A program made the position numbers and the translations under genes. DNA of 63,429 nucleotides, counting the filler, from Chiloscyllium plagiosum (lineage: Eukaryota), in assembly GCF_004010195.1 (NCBI RefSeq). It is 4 parts of one record of this genome, joined end to end, with 100 filler letters (N's around TTAATTAATTAA, not from the genome) between each part and the next. Parts side by side here need not be neighbours in the genome. Positions count along the whole stretch, not along the records: positions 1 to 19,934 come from NC_057711.1; 3 more parts are not named here. One strand, given 5' to 3'. Under the pieces are notes generated by a model. It made no database searches. It saw only the letters and a list, made by a program, of their open reading frames with translations, and was not told the origin of the DNA. Below, piece after piece: positions 1 to 11,258 of this stretch. Positions within the stretch are counted from its first letter, which is position 1. Every line of letters starts with the position of its first letter.

Positions 1-238
1 CCTGCAATCTTCTTCCTGACCTCTCCGCCCCCACCCCAGTCTGACCTATCACCCTCACCTTGACCTCTTTCCACCTATCGCATTTCCGACGCCCCTCCCC
101 CAAGTCCCTCCTCCCTACCTTTTATCTTAGCCTGCTGGACAAACTTTCCTCGTTCCTGAAGAAGGGTTTATGCCCGAAACGTCGATTCTCCTGTTCCCTG
201 GCCTGCTGCGCTTTTCCAGCAACACATTTTCAGCTCTG
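1..238 (+). mobile_element. Penelope-like element family A, 3' pLTR fragment
   Basis: C-rich tract followed by the hammerhead motif and the 'gctgcgcttttccagcaacacattttcagctctg' end shared with many copies in the window; its reverse complement matches 63137-63429. Confidence 0.8.
152..187 (+). ncRNA. Minimal type I hammerhead ribozyme motif (family A)
   Basis: CTGAAGA-a-GGGT-ttat-GCCC-GAAA-C-GTC: catalytic boxes CUGANGA and GAAA, 4-bp stem II, palindromic ACGT stem III, GUC cleavage triplet. Confidence 0.7.
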
Positions 239-824
239 TTATGACTCGAGGATGGAGACACCCAGATATTTGTTGATAACAATATGGTCAGATCTAGAAC
301 TAAAGCAGGTAAGCAGCTGGAAGTCAGCCGTGATATTCTTGGGAGATTCCTGAAGCCACTCTCATACAATGCTATTGGACAATGACATACCGTTCCTCAT
401 GATCCATCCCTCTCCACGACCAATTGGGAAGCGAATGGACTCTCGATTGGATGATCCATGGCAGTCACAACCGACCAATTTCTTTCTCCATCACCAAGGT
501 TTTGATAACTATTCAACAAAATGTTTAATAAATACAAAAAAAAACAGAAAAGGATTTTGATTGCCCCTGGCGATTGATCGCAGCTTTGTCCTTTAGTGAA
601 GGCAGATTCTGAAAAAAACTCTGAAGTTTGACAATCTGTTTCACGTCTGTGTCTCCTTTGTATATTTCTGTTCCATTCATACATTTCTCAGCAGTGATGC
701 CTGCTCCATTTTTCACTTTGGGAGTTGGAAATTAATTTGATTGTGCTTAATTTAAATGCTGACCAGGTTATAGATGTGTCGTGGCAATTTGTACAGTTGG
801 TTTAATTGCAGAATGTACCAGCCC

Positions 825-1229
825 TACACCACATACATGCACACACAAAATACAGACACAAACACACACACACACACACACATATGCACACACACATATA
901 AAACACAGACACATCATAGACACAAAACATAGACACAGACACACACAAAAAAAACAGACACATCAGAGACACAAAACATAGATACAGACACAAAAGACAG
1001 ACACACACACACAAAACACAGCCCCCCCCCACACACACACACAAAACACAGACACAAACACACACAAAACACATGCCTAGCACAGCACACACACAAAATA
1101 CATGCCTAGTACAGACACACACACACAAAGAAACACAGACACACACATAAAAAACATGCCTAGCACAGACACACACATAAAAAACACAGACCAAACACAC
1201 ACACAATGAACACAGACACACACACAAAA
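825..1229. repeat. Degenerate (CA)n-rich microsatellite
   Basis: Imperfect AC/ACAG repeats running into an assembly gap. Confidence 0.95.
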
Positions 1230-2169
1230 NNNNNNNNNNNNNNNNNNNNNNNNNNNNNNNNNNNNNNNNNNNNNNNNNNNNNNNNNNNNNNNNNNNNNNN
1301 NNNNNNNNNNNNNNNNNNNNNNNNNNNNNNNNNNNNNNNNNNNNNNNNNNNNNNNNNNNNNNNNNNNNNNNNNNNNNNNNNNNNNNNNNNNNNNNNNNNN
1401 NNNNNNNNNNNNNNNNNNNNNNNNNNNNNNNNNNNNNNNNNNNNNNNNNNNNNNNNNNNNNNNNNNNNNNNNNNNNNNNNNNNNNNNNNNNNNNNNNNNN
1501 NNNNNNNNNNNNNNNNNNNNNNNNNNNNNNNNNNNNNNNNNNNNNNNNNNNNNNNNNNNNNNNNNNNNNNNNNNNNNNNNNNNNNNNNNNNNNNNNNNNN
1601 NNNNNNNNNNNNNNNNNNNNNNNNNNNNNNNNNNNNNNNNNNNNNNNNNNNNNNNNNNNNNNNNNNNNNNNNNNNNNNNNNNNNNNNNNNNNNNNNNNNN
1701 NNNNNNNNNNNNNNNNNNNNNNNNNNNNNNNNNNNNNNNNNNNNNNNNNNNNNNNNNNNNNNNNNNNNNNNNNNNNNNNNNNNNNNNNNNNNNNNNNNNN
1801 NNNNNNNNNNNNNNNNNNNNNNNNNNNNNNNNNNNNNNNNNNNNNNNNNNNNNNNNNNNNNNNNNNNNNNNNNNNNNNNNNNNNNNNNNNNNNNNNNNNN
1901 NNNNNNNNNNNNNNNNNNNNNNNNNNNNNNNNNNNNNNNNNNNNNNNNNNNNNNNNNNNNNNNNNNNNNNNNNNNNNNNNNNNNNNNNNNNNNNNNNNNN
2001 NNNNNNNNNNNNNNNNNNNNNNNNNNNNNNNNNNNNNNNNNNNNNNNNNNNNNNNNNNNNNNNNNNNNNNNNNNNNNNNNNNNNNNNNNNNNNNNNNNNN
2101 NNNNNNNNNNNNNNNNNNNNNNNNNNNNNNNNNNNNNNNNNNNNNNNNNNNNNNNNNNNNNNNNNNNNN
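1230..2169. other. Assembly gap (940 N)
   Basis: N run. Confidence 1.
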
Positions 2170-3715
2170 ACACACACATACACAGTCCCTGTTTACACAC
2201 TCACACACACACATACATAGTTCCTGTTTACGCACACACATGTACAGTCCCTGTTTACACACACACACATACATACACAGTCCCTGTTTACACACACACA
2301 GTCCCTGTTTACACATACACACATGTACAGTCCCTGTTTACATACACACACACATACATACACAGTCCCTGTTTACACACACACGTACAGTCCCTGTTTA
2401 CACACACACAGTCCCTGTTTACACATACACACACGTACAGTCCCTGTTTACACACACACACATACATACACAGTCCCTGTTTACACACACACACACAAGT
2501 ACAGTCCCTGTTTACACACACACAGTCCCTGTTTACACACACAGTCCCTGTTTACACACATACAGTCCCTGTTTACACACACAGTCCGTTTATACACACA
2601 CAGTCCCTGTTTACACACACACAGACCCTGTTTACACACACACGGTCCCTGTTTACACACACATACACAGTCCCTGTTTACACACACAGTCCCTGTTTAC
2701 ACACACACACAGTCCCTGTTTACACACACACAGTCCCTGTTTACACGCATACATTCCCTGTTTACACACACACAGACACACACACAGTCCCTGTTTATAC
2801 ACACACACAGAGTCCCTGTTTACACACACACAGTCCCTGTTTACATACACACACACACATAGTCCCTGTTTACACACACACACACAGAGTCCCTGTTTAC
2901 ACACACAATCCCTGTTTACACATACACACACACACAGAGTCCCTGTTTACATACACACGCACACACACACAGAGTCCCTGTTTACACACACACACACACA
3001 CGCTGTCCCTGTTTACACACACACAGAGTCCCTGTTTACACACACACACAGAGTCCCTGTTTACACACACACAGTCCCTGTTTACACACACACAGAGTCC
3101 CTGTTTACACACACACACACACAGTCACTGTTTACACACACACACACACAGTCCCTGTTTACACACACACAGAGTCCCTGTTTACACTCACACACACACA
3201 CTGTCCCTGTTTACACACACACAGAGTCCCTGTTTATACACACACAGAGTCCCTGTTTACACACACAGTCCCTGTTTACACACACACACAGAGTCCCTGT
3301 TTACACACACACAGAGTCCCTGTTTACACACACACACAGAGTCCCTGTTTACACACACACACAGTCCCTGTTTACACACACAGTCCCTGTTTACACACAG
3401 AGTCCCTGTTTACACATACACACACAGTCCCTGTTTACACACACACAGAGTCCCTGTTTACACACACACACAGTCCCTGTTTACACACACAGAGTCCCTG
3501 TTTACACACACACAGTCCCTGTTTACACACACACACACAGTCCCTGTTTACACACACACAGTGTCCCTGTTTATACACACACACACACACGCTGTCCCTG
3601 TTTACACACACACAGAGTCCCTGTTTACACACACACACAGTCCCTGTTTACACACACACACAGTCCCTGTTTACACACACACACAGTCCCTGTTTACACA
3701 CACACAGAGGCCCTG

Positions 3716-3751
<36 letters not shown>

Positions 3752-3890
3752 GAGTCCCTGTTTACACACACACACAGAGTCCCTGTTTACACACACACAG
3801 TCCCTGTTTACACATACACAGTCCCTGTTTACACACACACACAGTCCCTGTTTACACACACAGACACACACACACAGTCCCTGGTTACAC
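2170..3890. repeat. Minisatellite: AGTCCCTGTTT core separated by variable (AC)n spacers
   Basis: About 75-80 units (estimated) of (AC)n-AGTCCCTGTTT, unit about 18-35 bp. Confidence 0.97.
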
Positions 3891-4134
3891 AGCAGGTTAC
3901 TGATTCTAATCAACAGCAATTGCTTCCTGGTATTCTCTCTCTCATTGTTTGCTGTTGTCTCTCGTATTGTTTCCATCAAAGGACGGAGAGCAATGGGGAA
4001 AATGCCTTGTGATTGAAAGGTTTATGAAGGTTTATGGGAGGCATGGAGTAAGCAGCAGTCTAGTCCTGCCCACCCCAGCGAGTCTCCGTGAGTGACTCTG
4101 GGCTCCTCACTGTACACTGAGTGGTGTACTTCAG

Positions 4135-4400
4135 TCCCCACATGTCCTGGGATGCTCAGAGGACCTGCTGGGCACTAGGAATACTCCTTGCCTGACCTGA
4201 CCATCCTTGGCCCCCCTCCATCGCCAAAATGAGCCAAACAGCAAATTGAAGGAACAACACCTCATCTTCCGCCCGGGCAACCTATGGCCCATATGACTCA
4301 ACCTTGAGTTCTCCAATTTCAAATAACCTCCCTTCCCATCCCCCAACTCCCTTTCCAGCCCCACCCCCTCCCTTCCATTCCACTCATCAGCCTCCACCTT
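4135..4400 (+). mobile_element. Penelope-like family A, end of GIY-YIG endonuclease region
   Basis: 'cgccaaaatgagccaaacagcaaattgaaggaacaacacctcatcttccgc' (RQNEPNSKLKEQHLIFR-like); homologous to 5090-5400 in inverted orientation. Confidence 0.7.
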
Positions 4401-4401
4401 A

Positions 4402-4635
4402 CATAGAACATAGAAGAATACAGCGCAGTACAGGCCCTTTGGCCCTCGATGTTGCGCCGATCCAAGCCCACCTAACCTACACTAGCCCACTATCCTCCAT
4501 ATGCCTATCCAATGCCTGTTCAAATGCCCATAATGAGGGAGAGTCCACCACTGCTACTGGCAGGGCATTCCATGGACTCACGACTCGCTGAGTAAAGAAC
4601 CTACCCCTAACATCTGTCCTATACCTACCACACCT
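4402..4635 (-). mobile_element. CR1/HER1 LINE 3' end
   Basis: (ATAGAAC)n tail on the + strand and the reverse complement of the 'TQRVVSPWNALP' CR1 C-terminal motif. Confidence 0.8.
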
Positions 4636-5089
4636 TGTTCTTCCAGCCTCCACCCCGTCTACCTTGAGTTTCTCCAGCAGATTGCTTTTTCAATTTCCAG
4701 CATCTGCGACCCTCTGCTTTTCTTTTCTTCCAAACTATTGTGCCGAGTGTGGACACTCCAGCCAAGAGCTGGCGGTGAAGGCGGTGAAACGTGGGCAGCT
4801 CGATGGAAGGCGCAGGCTGTAAACTTTATTCAGGCTGCACACTGAAACAGCACTGGATGTGGTGCAGGGCAAGAAGACAGGCAGGCTCTAGGGTTTAGTG
4901 ACACCTCCCTGGGGGGAGGGGGGGCGGGGCGCTGCTGCTGTGGCTGTGGAGGGGACAGAGAGGTACCAGTCCTGTGGAGGGTACCAGCACATCTCACTGA
5001 GTAAGTAACTGGAGGTGCTTGAGGCCAGACACTGTCAAGAGATTTCACAAACTCAGAGCAGTGCCACAAAAGGTCTGGGGTTGAGGGCA

Positions 5090-5881
5090 GGGTGGTGAGG
5101 TGGGGATAGGTGAAGACAGGTAGAGGGTACGACCTGATTGGTCGATGGGTTGATGGCTGGGAGGAAGGGTTGATGAGTGGAATGGAAGGGTGGGGGAGGG
5201 ACTGGGAAGGAAGTTGGGGGGGTTATTTGAAATTGGAGAACTCAATGTCGAGTCCTCCGTGCGGTAGGCTGCCCAGGCGGAAGTTGATGCGTTGTTCCTT
5301 CAATTTGCTGTTTGGTTCATTTTGGCAATTGAGGAGGCCAAGGATGGTCATGTTGGAAAGGAAGTGGTTGTGGAAGTTGAAATGGGTGGTGACTGGAAGG
5401 TCCGGTCAGCCCCTCCAGACCCGGCTGAGTTGCCCGGTGAACTATTCCCTAAGTTTCCATTTGGTCTCCCCGATGTAGAGAAGACCACACCAGGAGCACC
5501 TGATGCAGTAAACCAGGTTGGAGGAGAGGCAGGTGAACCTCTGTCTCATCTGGAAGGACTGTTTGGGCCCTGGATGGAGGTGATGGGGAGGGGAGTATAC
5601 TGGCAGGTTTTGCATCTTTCCAGTTGTAGGGGAAGGTACCTGAGGCTTCGGGGATGGTTGATGGGGAGAAACTAAGGACTGTCGAAGGGACTGGTCCTTG
5701 CGGAAGGCAGAGCGGGGTGGGGAGGGGAAGATGTTCTTGGTGGTGGGGTCTAGTTTGAAAAAAATAAAGACTGCAGATGCTGGAGATCAGAGTTGAAGAA
5801 GTGGCGCTGGAAAAGCACAGCCGGTCAGGCAGCATCCGAGGAGCAGGAGAGTCGACATTTCGGGCAAACGTCTTTCATCAG
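5090..5881 (-). mobile_element. Penelope-like family A fragment (GIY-YIG region plus pLTR)
   Basis: Reverse strand gives 'LVYCIRCSWCGLLYIGET'-like GIY-YIG remnant; pLTR with a decayed hammerhead at about 5850-5881. Confidence 0.8.
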
Positions 5882-6028
5882 AGTTAGGGTTAGGTTGGTA
5901 CAATTACAACATTGAAAAGGCATCTGGATGGATACATGAATTGGAAGTGTTTAAATGGATATAGGCCAAATGGTGGCAAATGGGGCTACATTAATTTAGG
6001 ATATGTGGTTGGCATGGACAAGTTGGAC

Positions 6029-6983
6029 NNNNNNNNNNNNNNNNNNNNNNNNNNNNNNNNNNNNNNNNNNNNNNNNNNNNNNNNNNNNNNNNNNNNNNNN
6101 NNNNNNNNNNNNNNNNNNNNNNNNNNNNNNNNNNNNNNNNNNNNNNNNNNNNNNNNNNNNNNNNNNNNNNNNNNNNNNNNNNNNNNNNNNNNNNNNNNNN
6201 NNNNNNNNNNNNNNNNNNNNNNNNNNNNNNNNNNNNNNNNNNNNNNNNNNNNNNNNNNNNNNNNNNNNNNNNNNNNNNNNNNNNNNNNNNNNNNNNNNNN
6301 NNNNNNNNNNNNNNNNNNNNNNNNNNNNNNNNNNNNNNNNNNNNNNNNNNNNNNNNNNNNNNNNNNNNNNNNNNNNNNNNNNNNNNNNNNNNNNNNNNNN
6401 NNNNNNNNNNNNNNNNNNNNNNNNNNNNNNNNNNNNNNNNNNNNNNNNNNNNNNNNNNNNNNNNNNNNNNNNNNNNNNNNNNNNNNNNNNNNNNNNNNNN
6501 NNNNNNNNNNNNNNNNNNNNNNNNNNNNNNNNNNNNNNNNNNNNNNNNNNNNNNNNNNNNNNNNNNNNNNNNNNNNNNNNNNNNNNNNNNNNNNNNNNNN
6601 NNNNNNNNNNNNNNNNNNNNNNNNNNNNNNNNNNNNNNNNNNNNNNNNNNNNNNNNNNNNNNNNNNNNNNNNNNNNNNNNNNNNNNNNNNNNNNNNNNNN
6701 NNNNNNNNNNNNNNNNNNNNNNNNNNNNNNNNNNNNNNNNNNNNNNNNNNNNNNNNNNNNNNNNNNNNNNNNNNNNNNNNNNNNNNNNNNNNNNNNNNNN
6801 NNNNNNNNNNNNNNNNNNNNNNNNNNNNNNNNNNNNNNNNNNNNNNNNNNNNNNNNNNNNNNNNNNNNNNNNNNNNNNNNNNNNNNNNNNNNNNNNNNNN
6901 NNNNNNNNNNNNNNNNNNNNNNNNNNNNNNNNNNNNNNNNNNNNNNNNNNNNNNNNNNNNNNNNNNNNNNNNNNNNNNNNNNN
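6029..6983. other. Assembly gap (955 N)
   Basis: N run. Confidence 1.
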
Positions 6984-7258
6984 AAAGGAAAGCATACCAA
7001 ACGCCTTCTTCACTCTCCTATCTACCTACGACTCCACTTTCAAGGAGCTATGAACCTGCACTCCATGGTCTCTTTGTTCAGCAACACTCCCTCGGACCTT
7101 ACCATTAAGTGTGTAAGTCCTGCTAAGATTTTCTTTCCCAAAATGCAGCACCTCGCATTTATCTGAATTAAACTTCATCTGCCACTTCTCAGCCCATTGG
7201 CCCATTTGGTCCAGATCCTGTTGTAACCTGAGGTAACCCTCTTCGCTGTCCACTACAC
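6984..7258 (-). mobile_element. CR1 LINE RT fragment
   Basis: 'LQQDLDQMGQWAEKWQMKFNSDKCEVLHFG'. Confidence 0.9.
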
Positions 7259-7259
7259 C

Positions 7260-8215
7260 CCAGAGGCAGAGGAATTGGGAGAATGGGTTGGAATTCGGAT
7301 ACTGGGTGGGAGGGGTATAGTCCAGGTAGTTGTGAGAATCTGTAGGTCTGTAGTAAATGTTCCTTTTGAGACTGTTGCTGGAGATGAAAATGGAGAGGTC
7401 AAGAAAGGAGAGGGAGGTGTTCGAATGGACCAAGTGAATTTGAGGGCAGGGTGGAAGTTGTGGTGGTCAATGAACTGCTCCAGGTCAGCTTGGATGCAGG
7501 ACGCTGCACTGATGCAGTCATCAATGTAATGGCGGAAGAGTTGGGGCACAGTTGCCTGTATAGGTACTGAGGAGGCACTGTTCGACAAAGAGGAAGGCAT
7601 AGCCGGGGCCCATCCGGGTGTCTATGGCCACCCCCTAGATTTGGAGGAAATGGGAGGAGTTAAAGGAAAAGTTATTAAGGGCAAGGATTAGTTTAGACAG
7701 GTGGGGGAAGTGGTGGTGGGGTTGTGTAGTATTCGTGGAGGGATACCGGATGGGTCTGTTGGAGAGGAAGAAGCTGAGGGCCTGAAGGCCATCCTTGTGG
7801 GGTGTATGAGGTGCATAAGGTCTGCATGTCCACAATGAAGATAATGTGCTGGGGCCAGGGAACTGGAAGTTACTGAAGAGATGGAGGGTGTGGTTGGTGT
7901 CATGGATGTTGGTGGGAAGTGCCTGAACCAACAGGGAGAGGATGTAGTTGAGACAGAATGAGTTGGGTTCAGTAGGGCAGGAACATGCCGAGCTGATGGG
8001 TTGGCCGGGGTAGTTAGGCTTATCTGCAGCTCCCCTTACACCCAAACCCAGTCCTGAAGAAGGGTTAAACCTGAAACATCGACTTCCCCCAGCCTCCTGA
8101 TGCTGCCTGCCTTGCTGTGTTCCCCCAGCCTCCTGATGCTGCCTGCCTTGCTGTGTTCTTCCAGCCTTCTGCCTGTTTATTTTGGATTCCAGCTTCTGCA
8201 GGTTTTTTGTCTCTA
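7260..8215 (-). mobile_element. Penelope-like RT fragment with inverted pLTR (8045-8215, + strand)
   Basis: 'LFRHYIDD', 'LSFLDLSI...IYYRPTDSHNYLDY', 'LALNNFSFNSSHFLQI' are PLE RT motifs; followed by an oppositely oriented hammerhead pLTR. Confidence 0.85.
8050..8084 (+). ncRNA. Minimal hammerhead ribozyme motif (family A variant)
   Basis: AGTC-CTGAAGA-agggttaaacct-GAAA-cATC-GACT; stem I AGTC/GACT pairs perfectly. Confidence 0.65.
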
Positions 8216-8374
8216 ACGGAGAAACTCATGACATCTTGGCAGTATCTGTGGAGAGAAACAGAGTCAACATTTCAGGCTGTGGCTGGAGAGGTGGTAGTGT
8301 CATGGTGATGACACTGGGTTAGGAATTCAGTAACTCCAGGGATAGAGATCTGGGAACACAGCTTCAAATCACAT

Positions 8375-8880
8375 CATGGGACCACAACTGTTTACAGCTT
8401 ATATTAATGACCGGGAGGAAGGAAGTGGGTACACATTTGCAAATGACGCAAAAATAGGTGGAAAGGCAGGTTACAAGAGAGATAGAAACAGTTTACGGAT
8501 ATTGATGGCAAGTAAGTTGGCAAATGAGCATAATGTGGAAAAATGTGAAGCTGTTCATTTTGGAAGGGAGATGAAAAGAACAGCGTTATTTAAATGGACA
8601 GACACAGCAGAAAGCTCCAACACAAAGGGACTGGGGGTACTCATACACAAAACACAGAGCACTAGCGCACAGGGACAGCAGGTAATCAGGAAGGTGAATG
8701 GAATGGTGGGCCTTATTTCAAAGGGGTTGGAGGATATGGGGAGGGGAGTCTTAATGCAACTGTACAAGGTGCTGGGGAGATCACATCTGGGAGCAGTTTT
8801 GATTCCTTTATTTAAGGAAAGATGCATCTCATTGGAGACAGTTCAGAGAAGGTTTATTTGGATGATCCCTGGTATGGAGG
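8375..8880 (+). mobile_element. Degenerate CR1 LINE RT/C-terminal fragment
   Basis: 'GPQLFTAYIND', 'FANDAKIGG', 'QLYKVL', 'LETVQRRF'. Confidence 0.85.
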
Positions 8881-8889
8881 GATGGGAGA

Positions 8890-9255
8890 TGGAAGATGGA
8901 CAGGAGTGGACCCTGACTAAGTGTTGCAGACTGGCGCATTCCAAGCTCCAGGACTATGTGCTGAGGGACACGCTGAAGCCAAGGCACAGTGGGGAAACAC
9001 CACTGTCTAAGGTCTTCCTGCTGAAGGTAAATAGGGGTCCGTTCAGTTATCAGACACATCCCACCCCCTCGTGCACGTAAATCTAATCTTGTATGTGTAA
9101 GAGATACCTTTGGTTTGTTCGGGTGGAGTCAAATTCCAATGTTTGTTTATTTACTTGATATGTTATTGTACAGAACCGAGCCACGTTTGTGACATTTGTA
9201 TATATACAAACAGTTTTTTTGTGTGAATAAAGCATATTGTTGAAATATAAATGAA
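8890..9255 (+). mobile_element. Tx1/L1-clade LINE 3' end
   Basis: 'TKCCRLAHSKLQDYVLRDTLK' plus an AATAAA-containing tail; homologous to 14800-15150. Confidence 0.7.
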
Positions 9256-10289
9256 AAGGAGGAGGACAATATTTACTCAGCCGGGGAAAGGGCTGGACAT
9301 TGTAACCCTTCACTGTCTCACACACACGTTCTTCACATCTCTCAGTAGGGCCTGGTCACCAACTCCCAGGTCCCTAATTCCCTAGGTACACACCCATTGC
9401 TAAGCCCAGGATGTCTCTGCTGATTCTACCATGTTCACATGATGGATGGCAATGGTAAACCAACAGGCTTTCTGTACAGTGAGCTGGCTACTGGGTCACA
9501 CCCTCCAGGGTGACCACACCCCTCTCTACAAAGGAGACCTGAAGGTGATGGACACTGACCCTGATGACTGTGGGATAGTCACTGGACCCTCTGGAAGGGG
9601 ACTGGGTGGAAGGTCATTGGAAGTGGTGTGTGAAAACAAAAAAGCTCAGCTGCTAAGAAGAGGGGACCAGAGAAAAGCGAGGCCAGAGCATCCTGCACCT
9701 TCTCAGTCCAGTGTCTCCTTCTGCAGCAACTGAAGCACAGACTGCCCTGTCAGAGTACAGTTCACATACCACATCACACCACACTGAGCACAGAGTTAGC
9801 CACCCCATAGGCAGCACCTAGTGGGATAGCAGCCATTACCTGAGTTCATCTTTCACCCCATGTGACTAGTATTTAATGTCAGGGTCTGCAACGTGGGGGT
9901 AATTGGGAGCTTGTGCCTCCTGCCCCTGACCGATTGAACCAATTTTAATGATAATGATAATCTAACCATCTTCCCCTGACTTGGAGTTTTAAAGCTCTGA
10001 GTAATTTGTGTACCTTAAACTTTGTTTGATATTGTAATTGTGAGAAAATATCAGTCATGAGGTAAATTTTTTGTAAAAGCTTTCAAAATTCAATGAAATG
10101 TGTTTCAGTCCTGCTGTTCATTGTTAGTATTTGAGAGCCAGCATTGTGGATTCTAAGATGTTGCATTTTTGACTGATGGCCATAAGACCATAAGAGGTAG
10201 AAACAATGACTGCAGATGCTGGAAACCAGATTCTGGATTAGTGGTGCTGGAAGAGCACAGCAGGTCAGGCAGCATCCGAGGAGCAGGAA

Positions 10290-10325
10290 AATCGACGTTT
10301 CGGGCAAAAGCCCTTCATCAGGAAT
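10290..10325 (-). ncRNA. Minimal hammerhead ribozyme motif (family A, intact core)
   Basis: Reverse complement: attc-CTGATGA-a-GGGC-tttt-GCCC-GAAA-C-GTC-gatt. Confidence 0.75.
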
Positions 10326-10328
10326 AAA

Positions 10329-10370
10329 GCCCACTGGGCACTCGCATTCCACGCCCGGCTCCAAGCCAGC
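10329..10370 (-). rRNA. 42-nt retrocopied fragment of 28S rRNA (not a functional rRNA gene)
   Basis: Reverse complement GCTGGCTTGGAGCCGGGCGTGGAATGCGAGTGCCCAGTGGGC matches the vertebrate 28S segment just before CACTTTTGGTAAGCAGAACTGG (40/42 against the human sequence as I recall it). Confidence 0.85.
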
Positions 10371-10373
10371 TTT

Positions 10374-10409
10374 ATTCCTGATGAAGGGCTTTTGCCCGAA
10401 ACGTCGATT
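10374..10409 (+). ncRNA. Minimal hammerhead ribozyme motif (family A, intact core)
   Basis: attc-CTGATGA-a-GGGC-tttt-GCCC-GAAA-C-GTC-gatt. Confidence 0.75.
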
Positions 10410-11029
10410 TTCCTGCTCCTCGGATGCTGCCTGAACTGCTGTGATTTTCCAGTGCCACTAATCCAGAATAAGACTATAAGATACTGGAGCATAACCAGGC
10501 CATTGGGTGCATTGAGTCTGTTCTGCCATTTGATCATGGCTGATGTGTTTCTCAACCCCATCCTCCTGCCTTCTCCCTCTAACCCTTTGATCCCCTTACT
10601 AAATCAGGAAGACTTAAATGTTTCAAACATATCCTTTTGTTTTTAAAGTTGAGATATTATAATGAACAAGGCCTTTATATATCAATGGAAACAGATAGTG
10701 AAACAGGAGCACTTTGAATTCTACATTGCTTCCAATTTACCACAGCCCTCACAGTGAAAATGTAGAGGTCAGAGGCTCCTGGAGTCAATGTTCACAATGG
10801 TATTATTGGAGGAGAGGGAGTGCTGTTGTAGGCCACTCTGCCCCCTCTCTAGCACAAGTTCAATAAATAGCAGTTGGGGTTTCCCTGATGTCTCCATCAA
10901 TGCTTACTCAGTAAAATTTTAAATAACCGCTAACTTTCACATCTCGCACGTGCCAGGCAACAACCCTCTAACACGGGAGAATCTAACCACCTCCCCTTGA
11001 CAGTCACTGCTGTTACTAAATCCCCCACT

Positions 11030-11256
11030 ATGGTGGAAGGTTGTTGCTCAGAATGGAGGCCTGTGACCAGTGGTGTTCCACAGGGATCGGTGCTGGGCCC
11101 ACTGTTGTTTGTCTTTTGTATAAATGATTTAGATGACAATATAGATGGTACAAGATTGGTGGCATAGTGGACAGTGAAGAGAGTTAGCTAAGATTACCAA
11201 ATTGGGTCAATGGACTGAAGAGCAGCAGATGGAGTTTAATTTGGAAAAATGCGAGA
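11030..11256 (+). mobile_element. CR1 LINE RT fragment
   Basis: '[23 protein letters not shown]'. Confidence 0.85.
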
Positions 11257-11258
11257 TA

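Larger units (their letters stand above)
10196..10469. mobile_element. Fold-back Penelope family A mini-element (inverted pLTR pair) with captured rRNA spacer
   Basis: 10231-10330 and 10369-10469 are near-perfect inverted repeats, each with an intact hammerhead; inserted in the (CATAAGA)n tail of a CR1. Confidence 0.9.

Noticed and set aside
2170..3890. CRISPR-like repeat/spacer appearance
   Set aside because: Spacers are just (AC)n, the repeat is 11 bp, there are no cas genes, and the DNA is eukaryotic
802..4016. Long ORFs of 500-936 aa (HTHT/CVCV-rich)
   Set aside because: Products of (CA)n repeats and N gaps; no coding signal
4911..4954. G-quadruplex-capable G runs
   Set aside because: Similar G tracts are common throughout the PLE and SINE copies; nothing specific here
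5912..7166. 330-398 aa ORFs
   Set aside because: They span an N gap between CR1 fragments
8084..8160. 37-bp direct duplication in a pLTR
   Set aside because: Ordinary slippage duplication
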